Shown: positions 1 through 8,425 of the stretch, in pieces | Layout: every line of letters starts with the position of its first letter | How positions within the stretch are numbered: position 1 is the first letter of the stretch | Virus genome (UHGV): UHGV-0343432 | Source: a virus | Direction: 5' to 3' (one strand) | Length of the DNA: 64,000 nt | The notes under the pieces: generated by a model | Seen by the model: the letters and a program-made list of their open reading frames with translations, nothing else | The model's database searches: none | What the model was told of the DNA's origin: nothing | Made by a program: the position numbers and the translations under genes

Positions 1-157
1 TATCTATTTCCTCAGACCTGCAATTTGTTCTGAAATACTGCCTGAATATATTTATCACGGCAGTATTAATAATTGATTGTATTAAACCCGGTTCTAATAC
101 TCCGGCTTCTATCAGGGTTTGGAGTTTATTCAATTCCTTTACATCTTCCAATGTCAT
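1..157 (-). CDS. partial hypothetical protein. It starts at the ATG at 157 and runs off the window start
   Basis: An open minus-strand frame from the ATG at 155-157 continues to position 1 (MTLEDVKELNKLQTLIEAGV...). No motif recognised. Confidence 0.3.
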   Translation of the reverse strand, partial: MTLEDVKELNKLQTLIEAGVLEPGLIQSIINTAVINIFRQYFRTNCRSEEID

Positions 158-191
158 GGATTCTCCTAGCATTTTCCCTACCAATTGTTTT

Positions 192-437
192 TTATCGCTC
201 ATCTCTTTTGGCTTTTAATTTAATGTAATCTTCTTCGGTTACCTCTGAGCAACCTGTAATCTCAACTCTATTACTCACCGGAGCAAACTTGGTTGTGGTT
301 TCCAACATAATCTCGTTCTCCACATCCTTAACGTTTACCATTGGATGTTCTCCATCCGTCTCAGTGTAAAACACGTGCATTGATTTAACTCCCTTGTAGG
401 TGATAACCCTAGCGAAAATCATAAAATACCGTTTCAT
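192..437 (-). CDS. hypothetical early protein
   Basis: 81-aa ORF packed end-to-end with neighbours on the same strand. Confidence 0.45.
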   Translation of the reverse strand: MKRYFMIFARVITYKGVKSMHVFYTETDGEHPMVNVKDVENEIMLETTTKFAPVSNRVEITGCSEVTEEDYIKLKAKRDER

Positions 438-841
438 AATCCTTTCTCTTGTTCTTCTTCTATTGTGGTGAATACTTTAGTCTGTGTTCTCAATACTGTC
501 CATTCAATGGGCATACCCTTAGTATCTAGCATGAACCTAGCCCAATACTGGTTTATCAGTAATATATCCATGGGCTCAATCTTCGAGAACTTCTCCATAA
601 ATTCTTCGAAGTTGTTCATGATATTCTGGGATAGCTCCTCGTTCTTTCCAAAGTGCTTATGTAACTCTTGTTTAAGGAGTTTCATAGCCTGAATCTGGAA
701 CTGTTTCCCAGTTGCCTTCAATTGACCATTCCAGATGTTCGTGTTTTTCAGGTCATCCAACTTATCCATTAATAAACTGGATACCAGAACAAGCACCATG
801 TAAGACGATGCTTGTTCCATTGATATTTTCTCAGTTGCCAT
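434..841 (-). CDS. hypothetical early protein
   Basis: 135-aa ORF with a 4-nt overlap with its neighbours, typical of a phage operon. Confidence 0.5.
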   Translation of the reverse strand: MATEKISMEQASSYMVLVLVSSLLMDKLDDLKNTNIWNGQLKATGKQFQIQAMKLLKQELHKHFGKNEELSQNIMNNFEEFMEKFSKIEPMDILLINQYWARFMLDTKGMPIEWTVLRTQTKVFTTIEEEQEKGL

Positions 842-1187
842 AAGATTTGCCTTTCTTTTGCATATTCTTCTTTTGGCCCTCTACCATTTCCGGGTCATAA
901 TTCTTAACCTTCTCTCTCAAAACCACTATATGAGTTTTGTACAGTGACTTCCATAAGCACTCTGGTAATGGCCTGAAAGAGTTCTCGGAGATTTTCTCCC
1001 ATTTAGCCCTCAATGAGTTAATGCAAAACCTATATGTACTCATATCCTGCATAGCATCAAAGTTTCTCACCAGGTCATCAAAATCCTTCTTTAAATCATC
1101 CACGAAATTGTTATACGGGAAATGTTCTGTGTTCTCTAAATTGTACTTCCCTAAATACTCTCTAACTTCCATGTACCTTACCTCCAT
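831..1187 (-). CDS. hypothetical early protein
   Basis: 118-aa ORF in the operon downstream of the 1520..1572 promoter. Confidence 0.5.
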   Translation of the reverse strand: MEVRYMEVREYLGKYNLENTEHFPYNNFVDDLKKDFDDLVRNFDAMQDMSTYRFCINSLRAKWEKISENSFRPLPECLWKSLYKTHIVVLREKVKNYDPEMVEGQKKNMQKKGKSYGN

Positions 1188-1483
1188 TAAGCTAAATATT
1201 TCTCTTGCAATTCTTTTAACTCCTTTTTCGCCAAACGTAACTCTTTTGCATCCTCTCCTCCTGAAGCCCGGAATACCCTGAGTTCAGCCTTCTCAATTTT
1301 ATTCCGAACCTTTTGCCGGTAAGACTTCCTTTGAACCGTGTCAATCATACCCTTTGGGTACTTGTACCGGAGTTCTTTTCTCACCATAACTTCCTTAACC
1401 ACTTCGAGTTCCATCTTCTCTTTTGCATTCTCAGGTTGTTTAACCTCTTTAACTTCCTTTTGTTCTTTAACCTTTGTCTTCAT
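1187..1483 (-). CDS. Lys/Glu-rich charged small protein, paralog of 4620..5135
   Basis: 98 aa, roughly 45% K/E/R. It shares the block YKYPKGMIDTVQRKSYRQKVRNK with YTYPEGMDDKAERKKYRAKMRRE in ORF 4620..5135. It is the first gene after a conserved promoter. Confidence 0.55.
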   Translation of the reverse strand: MKTKVKEQKEVKEVKQPENAKEKMELEVVKEVMVRKELRYKYPKGMIDTVQRKSYRQKVRNKIEKAELRVFRASGGEDAKELRLAKKELKELQEKYLA

Positions 1484-1519
1484 AACTAACTCATTTTTAA
1501 TTATTAATATTTATTATTA

Positions 1520-1572
1520 AAATGCAATGCAAATATATATTCCCATTTGAACAAATGCAAATCTTTAATTTC
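1520..1572 (-). promoter_or_regulatory. conserved phage early promoter cassette (Bacteroidetes sigma-A type -33 TTTG / -7 TAnnTTTG)
   Basis: The plus strand reads aaatgcaatgcaaatatatat...acaaatgcaaatc. On the minus strand this is GATTTGCATTTGT-N-ATATATATTTGCATTGCATTT. The same cassette recurs 5 more times upstream of minus-strand gene blocks. Confidence 0.6.
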
Positions 1573-1576
1573 CCGA

Positions 1577-1786
1577 TTAACCCTCCTTGAAGAAGGATGC
1601 AATTATATAAAATATAGTCCCCAATACAAAAACGATTATTGTCAGGATACATCCAAGTTTGTCATCTGCCTTTTGCTTTTCTCTTTTGGCTCTCTGTTCT
1701 GGAGTATCGAAGAACCCATCTCTTTTTCCCTTAAGTATTTGGATAAGAATCCAAGCTACTACTATCGCTATTATTAATATAAACAT
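1577..1786 (-). CDS. small membrane protein (two predicted TM segments)
   Basis: 69 aa with hydrophobic stretches IIAIVVAWILIQIL and ILTIIVFVLGTIFYIIASFF. Confidence 0.4.
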   Translation of the reverse strand: MFILIIAIVVAWILIQILKGKRDGFFDTPEQRAKREKQKADDKLGCILTIIVFVLGTIFYIIASFFKEG

Positions 1787-1797
1787 GGTCTTTGTTT

Positions 1798-2088
1798 TTA
1801 ACGTTCTGCAAATTCTACCTGTGTTATGGCCAGGGTTCTATTCTCTTTATCCCAAGCCCAAGCTAATTCCCTGAATAACCCATTGTCCCTCAATTTGATT
1901 CTTAAAACATTTTCTTGAACCCCATTTAGTTTCTTGAATTTAATCAGGTTGGTCACTACCTCTACATCAACTATTTCCCCATCCAAACAGGTAATCATAC
2001 CATGTTTAAATTCTGATGTATCAATTATCTCATCGAGTAAACTACTCAATATTTCATCCAATACTGCGTTTCCAGTTGTCCCTTTCAT
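1798..2088 (-). CDS. hypothetical protein
   Basis: 96-aa ORF in the operon. Confidence 0.45.
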   Translation of the reverse strand: MKGTTGNAVLDEILSSLLDEIIDTSEFKHGMITCLDGEIVDVEVVTNLIKFKKLNGVQENVLRIKLRDNGLFRELAWAWDKENRTLAITQVEFAER

Positions 2089-2444
2089 AAGCCTAGGTAT
2101 TTTTCTAGTTCTTCTTGTTCTTTTAACTCACGTAATTGCTTTCGAGTTGTAACTCGTTTACTTTGAAGCTCTTTAATTTGCCGTTGCAAATCCTCAATTC
2201 CAGCCTCAATATCGTAGGGGTCATTACCATCAACTGAAACTCCGGTGTAAGTTTGACCCTTCGGAACCTTGATACCATAATCTGATAAACTCTTATCTCG
2301 GTAATCATAGGGGAGTGTGATTCTCCCGTACTTTGGAGGATTATCCCTTCTCTCTGCTTTCTTGTTCTCATGCACTCCATTTATTACGGTTATACCTGTG
2401 GCTATAGTTAATACTATAGCCCATTTCAAAACTAATTTTCCCAT
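2085..2444 (-). CDS. N-terminally membrane-anchored or secreted protein with a C-terminal coiled coil
   Basis: The N-terminus MGKLVLKWAIVLTIATGITVING looks like a signal peptide or anchor. The C-terminus QRQIKELQSKRVTTRKQLRELKEQEELEK is coiled-coil-like. Confidence 0.45.
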   Translation of the reverse strand: MGKLVLKWAIVLTIATGITVINGVHENKKAERRDNPPKYGRITLPYDYRDKSLSDYGIKVPKGQTYTGVSVDGNDPYDIEAGIEDLQRQIKELQSKRVTTRKQLRELKEQEELEKYLGL

Positions 2445-2869
2445 CTCTCAACTACCAAGATTAAATCTCCGGCAAATACTACGTCAACCCCGAGTTCAAA
2501 GAAATCTGATATCCCCCTTTGACAATAACTCTCATCAAAACCCAATAACTCATCTCCGGCAAATTTATCATCTGTTGCCATAAAAGCCCAGACGTGGCAA
2601 CCCGTGTAATTGTCAACCGTTACAAAGGAGTTGAAGTTACAGAGTTCCCAATCTTTTTCTTTGAACCACTTATAAAACTGCCTCCATTTGGGGTTTACCT
2701 GTTGCAACCTCCCTTCAATGAGAGCCCAACCTGTAATGTATTCCCATAACCCAGTTCGATTCTGAGAATCATTCATGATAAAACTCCTAATAGCCTGTAC
2801 AGGAGCTTTTTGTGCCTGTTTTAACCTTAACTCGTGTAAATTCTCTAGTTCCTTACTCATTGTACTCAT
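2432..2869 (-). CDS. hypothetical early protein
   Basis: 145-aa ORF, first gene after the promoter cassette at 2882..2938. Confidence 0.5.
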   Translation of the reverse strand: MSTMSKELENLHELRLKQAQKAPVQAIRSFIMNDSQNRTGLWEYITGWALIEGRLQQVNPKWRQFYKWFKEKDWELCNFNSFVTVDNYTGCHVWAFMATDDKFAGDELLGFDESYCQRGISDFFELGVDVVFAGDLILVVERWEN

Positions 2870-2881
2870 TTTTAATTATTA

Positions 2882-2938
2882 TTAAATGCAATGCAAATAT
2901 AATATTCTCTGATTTCCCAAGCAAATCCTTAATTACCA
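2882..2938 (-). promoter_or_regulatory. conserved phage early promoter cassette
   Basis: aaatgcaatgcaaatataat...agcaaatccttaattacc. On the minus strand: GGTAATTAAGGATTTGCT-N20-TATATTTGCATTGCATTTAAT. Confidence 0.65.
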
Positions 2939-2962
2939 GATTAACATGAAAAGAGGCCCATT

Positions 2963-3373
2963 TTACTGGGCCTCCGGTTTTAAACCAAGTTTAAAGTCAA
3001 AAGTCAAAAGCTTATCCCTGGCCCTCTCTGGTAAGAAGATTTTCTCCCACCATTTCAGTTTCGTGTGGAAGTAATCTAGTATTGGTTTTTGGTTTTTCAA
3101 TATAACTTTATGTAATAGTGAAAATTCTTTACTAGATAAGTCATGCATTATATTTGCCATAGCCCCAGTATTGATTCCCAATTTAGTGTATAAACTGATA
3201 GAGTCAAGGTTGAGGTCTGTCCAATCATCTATCGTTATTCCCGGGATCATTATCGTTACTGATTTACCCAAAACTTTCTTGTTGGCTGCAGCTATGGCCT
3301 GAGCGAGTGTCTTTATTATAGTGAGTTCATCTTTATCAAATGGAGCTCTACTCTTCATCTTCGTCATTGGCAT
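2963..3373 (-). CDS. hypothetical protein
   Basis: 136-aa ORF. Confidence 0.5.
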   Translation of the reverse strand: MPMTKMKSRAPFDKDELTIIKTLAQAIAAANKKVLGKSVTIMIPGITIDDWTDLNLDSISLYTKLGINTGAMANIMHDLSSKEFSLLHKVILKNQKPILDYFHTKLKWWEKIFLPERARDKLLTFDFKLGLKPEAQ

Positions 3374-4154
3374 AATTCTCGAGTTGTTTTAGTGGTTGTG
3401 ATGTCTGTACCCATTTGTACCATCTCAGGTAGAACGGAGTGGGTTCTTTCTCGGGATCTCTCTCCATATCCCTGTATTCCCTACGGAATCTCTCTTTCTC
3501 TTTCTCACTCATGAATTCCGGGAATATATGGAGTTTCTGAGTGGTGAATGATTCTTTGGCTTTTCCTGGTACTGGTATATCTAGGTTGTTGGTTAGCTCT
3601 CCGAACTTGTAGAATTTCACTTCATCCGACCTTTTCTTATAGATTTTAATACCCACTATGAGAGTCGGGTCAAATTTATCCAGCATGGGATTCTTAGACT
3701 CTTTGATTAACCGAACCATGTATTGGTATTTATCGGTTCTCCAATCCTCTTCTTCCCAGTTCACTTTCTCAAACCTTTCCATGTTATGGAGAAGGTCTCT
3801 GGTTACGAATACAAATCCCTGATTCCTTAGGTTTGAGATTAACTCATCCTGGTCTTTGCATTCAGTGATCATGTCCATCATTGACTCAACGTAGTCGTCT
3901 GAGTCAGATTCAATTTTCCCCACTTTTTTCTTTTCCTTCTTTGCTTCTAGTGGGAGCATACCGGATAACTTCTTGATATATGTTATCGCCCTTTCTACAT
4001 CCTCTTGATTATCCATCGTAACCTCGATTCTCATGGGGCCATTGTGAGTAAACTTGGGTCCAGAGATTAATTCTGAACCCTGTTTGTATAGCTTATCTGA
4101 GATAAGCCTTGACTCTTCATCGAAAAGTTGAACTCTTATCTTTTTCTCTTCCAT
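3348..4154 (-). CDS. hypothetical protein
   Basis: 268-aa ORF with a charged C-terminus. No motif recognised. Confidence 0.5.
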   Translation of the reverse strand: MEEKKIRVQLFDEESRLISDKLYKQGSELISGPKFTHNGPMRIEVTMDNQEDVERAITYIKKLSGMLPLEAKKEKKKVGKIESDSDDYVESMMDMITECKDQDELISNLRNQGFVFVTRDLLHNMERFEKVNWEEEDWRTDKYQYMVRLIKESKNPMLDKFDPTLIVGIKIYKKRSDEVKFYKFGELTNNLDIPVPGKAKESFTTQKLHIFPEFMSEKEKERFRREYRDMERDPEKEPTPFYLRWYKWVQTSQPLKQLENYANDEDEE

Positions 4155-4157
4155 ATC

Positions 4158-4532
4158 TTAATACTTTTTCTTGTTAATCACTTTGAAATCTTTAGAACAT
4201 CCCTCTCTCCATATGATAAATATGGCCTGGTCCTGGATCTCTGTCTCTATTATCCTAAACCATTTAGGATCATCCAAAGCTCCTCCCTTTTTCACACTGT
4301 AGGGAATTACCCATTCTCTTATAGGGTTTTTCTGAAATAATGGGTGGTTGGGTTTTATGGTATCAACTACCACTTCTTCCTTAACCTCATTATCTGACAT
4401 AGAAGGGGACCATATCACATATCCCATTGTTAGTCCAATAATTAGGGATATTATCATCCCAATCGTTAATCCTGTTTTGTAACTCATGACTTTTGAAATT
4501 TGGTTTTGTAGACTGGTGAGAATCGAACTCAT
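4158..4532 (-). CDS. membrane protein (single TM)
   Basis: TM segment LTIGMIISLIIGLTMGYVIW near the N-terminus. Confidence 0.45.
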   Translation of the reverse strand: MSSILTSLQNQISKVMSYKTGLTIGMIISLIIGLTMGYVIWSPSMSDNEVKEEVVVDTIKPNHPLFQKNPIREWVIPYSVKKGGALDDPKWFRIIETEIQDQAIFIIWREGCSKDFKVINKKKY

Positions 4533-4560
4533 CTTTTAATCCAATCAGCCTTAGTATCAT

Positions 4561-4596
4561 GAATGGCCAGTTCATTAATAAAATCCCTGGCCATTC
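4561..4596. terminator. perfect 10-bp inverted repeat hairpin (GAATGGCCAG...CTGGCCATTC) downstream of the K/E-rich protein gene
   Basis: gaatggccag / ctggccattc are exact reverse complements with a 16-nt loop. The plus strand continues TTTTGAATT. On the minus strand it follows the stop of ORF 4620..5135. Confidence 0.4.
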
Positions 4597-4619
4597 TTTT
4601 GAATTATGAAGTTACCTAA

Positions 4620-5135
4620 TTAATCTTCTTCTCCCTCTTCCTCTTCAACCTCTTTGTTTTCCTTTTTGGCTTTTTTCTTAGCCTTCTTATCGGCTTTGGT
4701 CTCTTTCGGTTGTTCTACCGGTTTCTCCTCTTTTTTAGCCTTTTTGGTTTTCTTCTCCTCTTTTTCCCCTTCTCCCTCTCCGGCTTCTGCCTTTGCAGCT
4801 TGAGCAGCTTCTCTTCTCATTTTAGCCCGGTATTTTTTACGTTCTGCTTTGTCATCCATCCCTTCCGGATAAGTGTATTTCTGAGCGAATGCAGATGAAG
4901 CCGGTTTCAATTCCTTGCAAGCTTCGTTGATTGCATCCAGGTTTTCTGAAGCGGCATCTACTGCCTTTTGCAATTTGTCGTGCTCTTTACGGATTTTCTT
5001 GTCTTCGATTTCTTCCGGGTCTTTGATACCGTTCTCTTTCTTAAACGTTCTCAACTCTGCTTTTGCAGTTTTCAGGGTTTCTTTTGCTTCTTCTTTAGCG
5101 GCTTTAGCCTCGTCGTAACTTTCAAACTTTTTCAT
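4620..5135 (-). CDS. Lys/Glu/Ala-rich highly charged protein, paralog of 1187..1483
   Basis: 171 aa. It has KAKKEEK/KKAKKKAKKENKEVEEEEGEED low-complexity tails and shares a YxYP-GM-D...RK-YR-K block with ORF 1187..1483. Confidence 0.55.
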   Translation of the reverse strand: MKKFESYDEAKAAKEEAKETLKTAKAELRTFKKENGIKDPEEIEDKKIRKEHDKLQKAVDAASENLDAINEACKELKPASSAFAQKYTYPEGMDDKAERKKYRAKMRREAAQAAKAEAGEGEGEKEEKKTKKAKKEEKPVEQPKETKADKKAKKKAKKENKEVEEEEGEED

Positions 5136-5230
5136 GGTATTAAAATTTAAATTAATTAATATTTCCTATCCTTTGTATTAACCATTAGTCCTTGACCTGG
5201 TTTTCGGTGTTCTAGATTCAATAAATTATT

Positions 5231-5473
5231 TTAGTTTACCCATTTTAATGTTTTGGAATCAATATTACCCTTCTCTATTTGGAGATTTACCCATTCTGAT
5301 GCTAAGTCAAATACTATATCCTCGTCATCTTCATCAAGTTTACCCTCATGCTCATTGATAAAGTTCTCTGATAGAGCTGTTATATTAACATCAGCTGTTT
5401 TTGATAAATATAACTCGGGAAATTCTCTAATCTCCCTGTCAAAATATTTAAAAGCCTGGGTTCTAAGTTCCAT
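5231..5473 (-). CDS. small acidic hypothetical protein
   Basis: 80 aa, with a DEDDEDIVFDLASEW acidic patch. First gene after the promoter at 5497..5545. Confidence 0.45.
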   Translation of the reverse strand: MELRTQAFKYFDREIREFPELYLSKTADVNITALSENFINEHEGKLDEDDEDIVFDLASEWVNLQIEKGNIDSKTLKWVN

Positions 5474-5496
5474 AATCTCATTATTTTATTATTTTT

Positions 5497-5545
5497 ATTG
5501 CAATGCAAATATATAATCCTATTTGACTAAATGCAAATCTAATGT
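5497..5545 (-). promoter_or_regulatory. conserved phage early promoter cassette (overlaps the 3' end of the upstream ORF)
   Basis: ttgcaatgcaaatatataat...taaatgcaaatct. Confidence 0.6.
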
Positions 5546-5899
5546 TTCTGAGGTTTCTATTTTAACTATCTTATAGCTAAGTATTCCCAACCTATTCAAG
5601 AGATACCTAATCTCTGATTCTTTAAGGTGGTAAATATACATAACTCTCGGTTCTGCAGTAGTTCGAGGGATAATAACTTTATACAGGTCGCGTAGTGAGA
5701 TTAATTTAACAAACTCATCTGTATATTGTTTCATCATTCTCAAGTACTGGTTACGCCGTTTCTGATAAGCCTCTCCACGAGTTCTTTGTCTCGGGTACTC
5801 CTCTTCAAGAGCTTTTATATTAGCTCTGATTTGTTGGATTTTACCAGCGATAATATCGGCTCGGTTAAATTCATTTAGCTCTAGTTCTTTTATTCCCAT
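5519..5899 (-). CDS. hypothetical protein
   Basis: 126-aa ORF. Confidence 0.5.
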   Translation of the reverse strand: MGIKELELNEFNRADIIAGKIQQIRANIKALEEEYPRQRTRGEAYQKRRNQYLRMMKQYTDEFVKLISLRDLYKVIIPRTTAEPRVMYIYHLKESEIRYLLNRLGILSYKIVKIETSETLDLHLVK

Positions 5900-6489
5900 T
5901 TTAAAATCCTCCTATGTTTATATTCGTTAGTCAGGGAACACTTGATGAGTTTTTTAGGTGTGTGGTCCTTCAAAACGTATTTCTTGAAATCCAGTTTCTC
6001 CAGAACAATCACGTTCTCACACATCTGGTAGAGATAAGACCCTTTCATCTTTGGTGTCCTACCTATTAGATTAGAAGGTCTAGAATCCCTTAGCTCTTTG
6101 ATTTTCTCCGAGATGAGATTATATACACGTTTCTCAGCTAAAGCAATGGGATTACCCTTGACGAGTTTGTAGTTCTCCACCCTGTTTTTAATCTGAGTAA
6201 CTACCTTGTATATACCTCTGAAATATTTGAGAAAATAGCCCACATAATCGGGTTTACCGTAAACCCTGAAAGTATGGGTTATCTCCTTATTCCCCTTGTA
6301 TGATATCCTATCAATACAAACTATCACCACTCCCAACTGAGAAGAGAGAAAGCTGGCTAACTCCACTTCTTTCAGGGTTAACCCATGCTTTAGCTCTATC
6401 TCTTTATAGAGTATATTTTGAGGGACTATCAACTCATCCCACTTAATGGATGATACATCCTTCATGAACTGTTCATCTAATTTTTTCAT
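5890..6489 (-). CDS. hypothetical protein
   Basis: 199-aa ORF. Confidence 0.5.
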   Translation of the reverse strand: MKKLDEQFMKDVSSIKWDELIVPQNILYKEIELKHGLTLKEVELASFLSSQLGVVIVCIDRISYKGNKEITHTFRVYGKPDYVGYFLKYFRGIYKVVTQIKNRVENYKLVKGNPIALAEKRVYNLISEKIKELRDSRPSNLIGRTPKMKGSYLYQMCENVIVLEKLDFKKYVLKDHTPKKLIKCSLTNEYKHRRILKWE

Positions 6490-6895
6490 AATCTGGTTCC
6501 ATTAATTCCCGTTGCCAGGCTTTTATAGTTTTCTTATAGCCCCAGTCAGTTGCCATTAAAATTACATCTTCTCTATGAGCTTCATAATCTTTGTGATCTT
6601 CTGTAAAATCAGGGTCATCTTCTTCTACGCCCTCATCATCACAATATTTCACATCGCAGATAGTAATGGGTTTCTCAGCTCCAACCTTAGTCATGTTGTA
6701 GAATAACTTATACAATAACCTTAATCCTGGATCATTACCGCAGGTATCATCTATTACCTCTTCATTACCATCAAATATAGTGCCCAAGAAATCTAGGAAT
6801 AATACTCTATATCTGAAGAACTTGGGTAATCTTGGTACCAAGTAATCATAGGCCTCGTAAAATTCTTTTCTACCGTAAAATGATTTCGTATCCAT
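6473..6895 (-). CDS. hypothetical acidic protein
   Basis: 140-aa ORF, first after the promoter cassette at 6897..6962. Confidence 0.5.
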   Translation of the reverse strand: MDTKSFYGRKEFYEAYDYLVPRLPKFFRYRVLFLDFLGTIFDGNEEVIDDTCGNDPGLRLLYKLFYNMTKVGAEKPITICDVKYCDDEGVEEDDPDFTEDHKDYEAHREDVILMATDWGYKKTIKAWQRELMEPDYEKIR

Positions 6896-6896
6896 A

Positions 6897-6962
6897 ATAT
6901 TGCATTTTTAATTTATGCAAATATAATATCCTATTATCCTATTTGCAAATCCTTAATTACCA
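6897..6962 (-). promoter_or_regulatory. conserved phage early promoter cassette (with a partially duplicated -7 element)
   Basis: ttgcatttttaatttatgcaaatataatatcc...atttgcaaatccttaattacc. Confidence 0.6.
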
Positions 6963-7030
6963 AAATAGGGAGGATTTTACCCTCCCTACCAAACATAAAA
7001 TTCTAAGGCTGAATTAGTATGAAACCGGCA

Positions 7031-7483
7031 TTACTTTTTACCTTTCTTACCTTTTTTCGGGACTTCGATATCGAGCTCTTTTGCAATGGCAACCCGGAGT
7101 TTCTCAACTTCGTCGTCATCGTCCTCGTCGTAGTCTTCGACATCAATATCTTCGAGTTCCTCGTCGTCAACCAATTCGGAGAGCTCATCGTAATCCATGT
7201 CTTTCAGGTCATCCCAATTGTATTCTTCACCTTCTTCTTCCTCCTCTTCTTCGTCGTCATCTTCTGGTTCTTCCTTTTTAGCCGGCTTTTTGGTTTCTTT
7301 TTTCTCTTCTTTTTTGGCTTCCTTCTTTGCAGGTTTTTTATCCTCCTCTTCTTCATCGTCATCCTCGTCTGCAATAGCCTCAGCCAATTTTTCCAGGTCC
7401 AAATCTTTCTTTACCAAAAGAACCTTTTCACCATCTTCTTCACCCAAGAAGTGTTTCTCATCGATTTGTTTTACAATTTTCAT
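7031..7483 (-). CDS. poly-acidic protein (candidate DNA mimic or histone-chaperone-like)
   Basis: 150 aa containing runs such as DEDDDEEEED, EDDDEEEEEEEGEE and DYDEDDDDE, interspersed with KKPAKKEAKK and a basic C-terminus KKGKKGKK. Confidence 0.5.
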   Translation of the reverse strand: MKIVKQIDEKHFLGEEDGEKVLLVKKDLDLEKLAEAIADEDDDEEEEDKKPAKKEAKKEEKKETKKPAKKEEPEDDDEEEEEEEGEEYNWDDLKDMDYDELSELVDDEELEDIDVEDYDEDDDDEVEKLRVAIAKELDIEVPKKGKKGKK

Positions 7484-7556
7484 CTTTCTCTGTTTTTAGT
7501 TATTAATTAAATTAACCTTATTTCATAAATTCAAGGTATATTAGTTCATCCAGTAT

Positions 7557-8222
7557 TTAAAACCGCTTAGAAGTAAGTTCCCTAGTTACATCCACTGCCC
7601 CAATAAATTCGGTTGAGAACCGGGTCCAAAGGGACAGAGCCATGTGATATCTGTAAAAAGGTCCATTGTCATACTTCCAATCTATTAATGTTTTTAGGAT
7701 ATTAGTTCCATAAACAAAGTCTTTGACAGGGACCTTAGTGTAATCTCTCTTCCCTGGCCTTCCCCCACCTAGAAATTCAATGATATGTTGAGCCCCTTTC
7801 ACCTGATTCAGGATTATCTTGTCAGTAGTAAAGCTCTGTTTAAACCTATCCAAGAACTTGGGTAGGTCATCCTCTACACATCTAAGTAACCATACATCCT
7901 TTTGTAATTTCTCGGTATTGGCTCTCTTTATCCTGTTTCCCATCCTTTTCCTAGTCCTGTGGGCATGTCTCTTATCGATGATATTAGCTGGTTTGATATC
8001 ATTTATAGCTTCACTAATAAGGGGTAATTTCCTTGGCTCAAACAAAGCTTGGTCTAGGGTAGATATCTTACAACCCATCTTTACCTTAAACTCATGTGGC
8101 TGAAAATAAACCTTTGCTATCTCTTCAGCCTCTACCTTAAACTGAAAAGGTTTATTGATAATCCCAGGCTTCAGAACATCTCTGAAGTCTAGGATATAAT
8201 AATGCAAGTAAAGTATTTTCAT
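7557..8222 (-). CDS. hypothetical protein
   Basis: 221-aa ORF. No confident motif. Confidence 0.5.
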   Translation of the reverse strand: MKILYLHYYILDFRDVLKPGIINKPFQFKVEAEEIAKVYFQPHEFKVKMGCKISTLDQALFEPRKLPLISEAINDIKPANIIDKRHAHRTRKRMGNRIKRANTEKLQKDVWLLRCVEDDLPKFLDRFKQSFTTDKIILNQVKGAQHIIEFLGGGRPGKRDYTKVPVKDFVYGTNILKTLIDWKYDNGPFYRYHMALSLWTRFSTEFIGAVDVTRELTSKRF

Positions 8223-8425
8223 TTCTTTTTGAATTTCTCTTTGAATTTCTCTTCCATTTCCTTGTTAAATCTCTCTCCCTGTCTTTTTAGATTTTCTCCA
8301 TAAAGATCCCAAATATCACCAGCTCGGTGTAGGTCTATTCTAGATGGACTTGACCTATACTTATCAAGGTCAACCTCTATGTATTTCCTTATCCCTTCGA
8401 TTTCCTTTTTGCCTTGTTGTACCAT
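8219..8425 (-). CDS. small basic hypothetical protein
   Basis: 68 aa. It overlaps its neighbour by 37 nt, so the true start may lie downstream. Confidence 0.3.
   Translation of the reverse strand: MVQQGKKEIEGIRKYIEVDLDKYRSSPSRIDLHRAGDIWDLYGENLKRQGERFNKEMEEKFKEKFKKK

Noticed and set aside
4390-4575. 61-aa ORF starting inside the 4561..4596 hairpin.
   Set aside because: It overlaps the 4158..4532 membrane-protein gene in another frame and begins within a stable stem. It is more likely a by-product of the inverted repeat.
7557-8222. 2H-phosphoesterase / anti-CBASS Acb1-like candidate because of KRHAHRTRKR.
   Set aside because: Only one H-x-T-like element is present and its context is basic, not hydrophobic. 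No second HxT/S motif is present.
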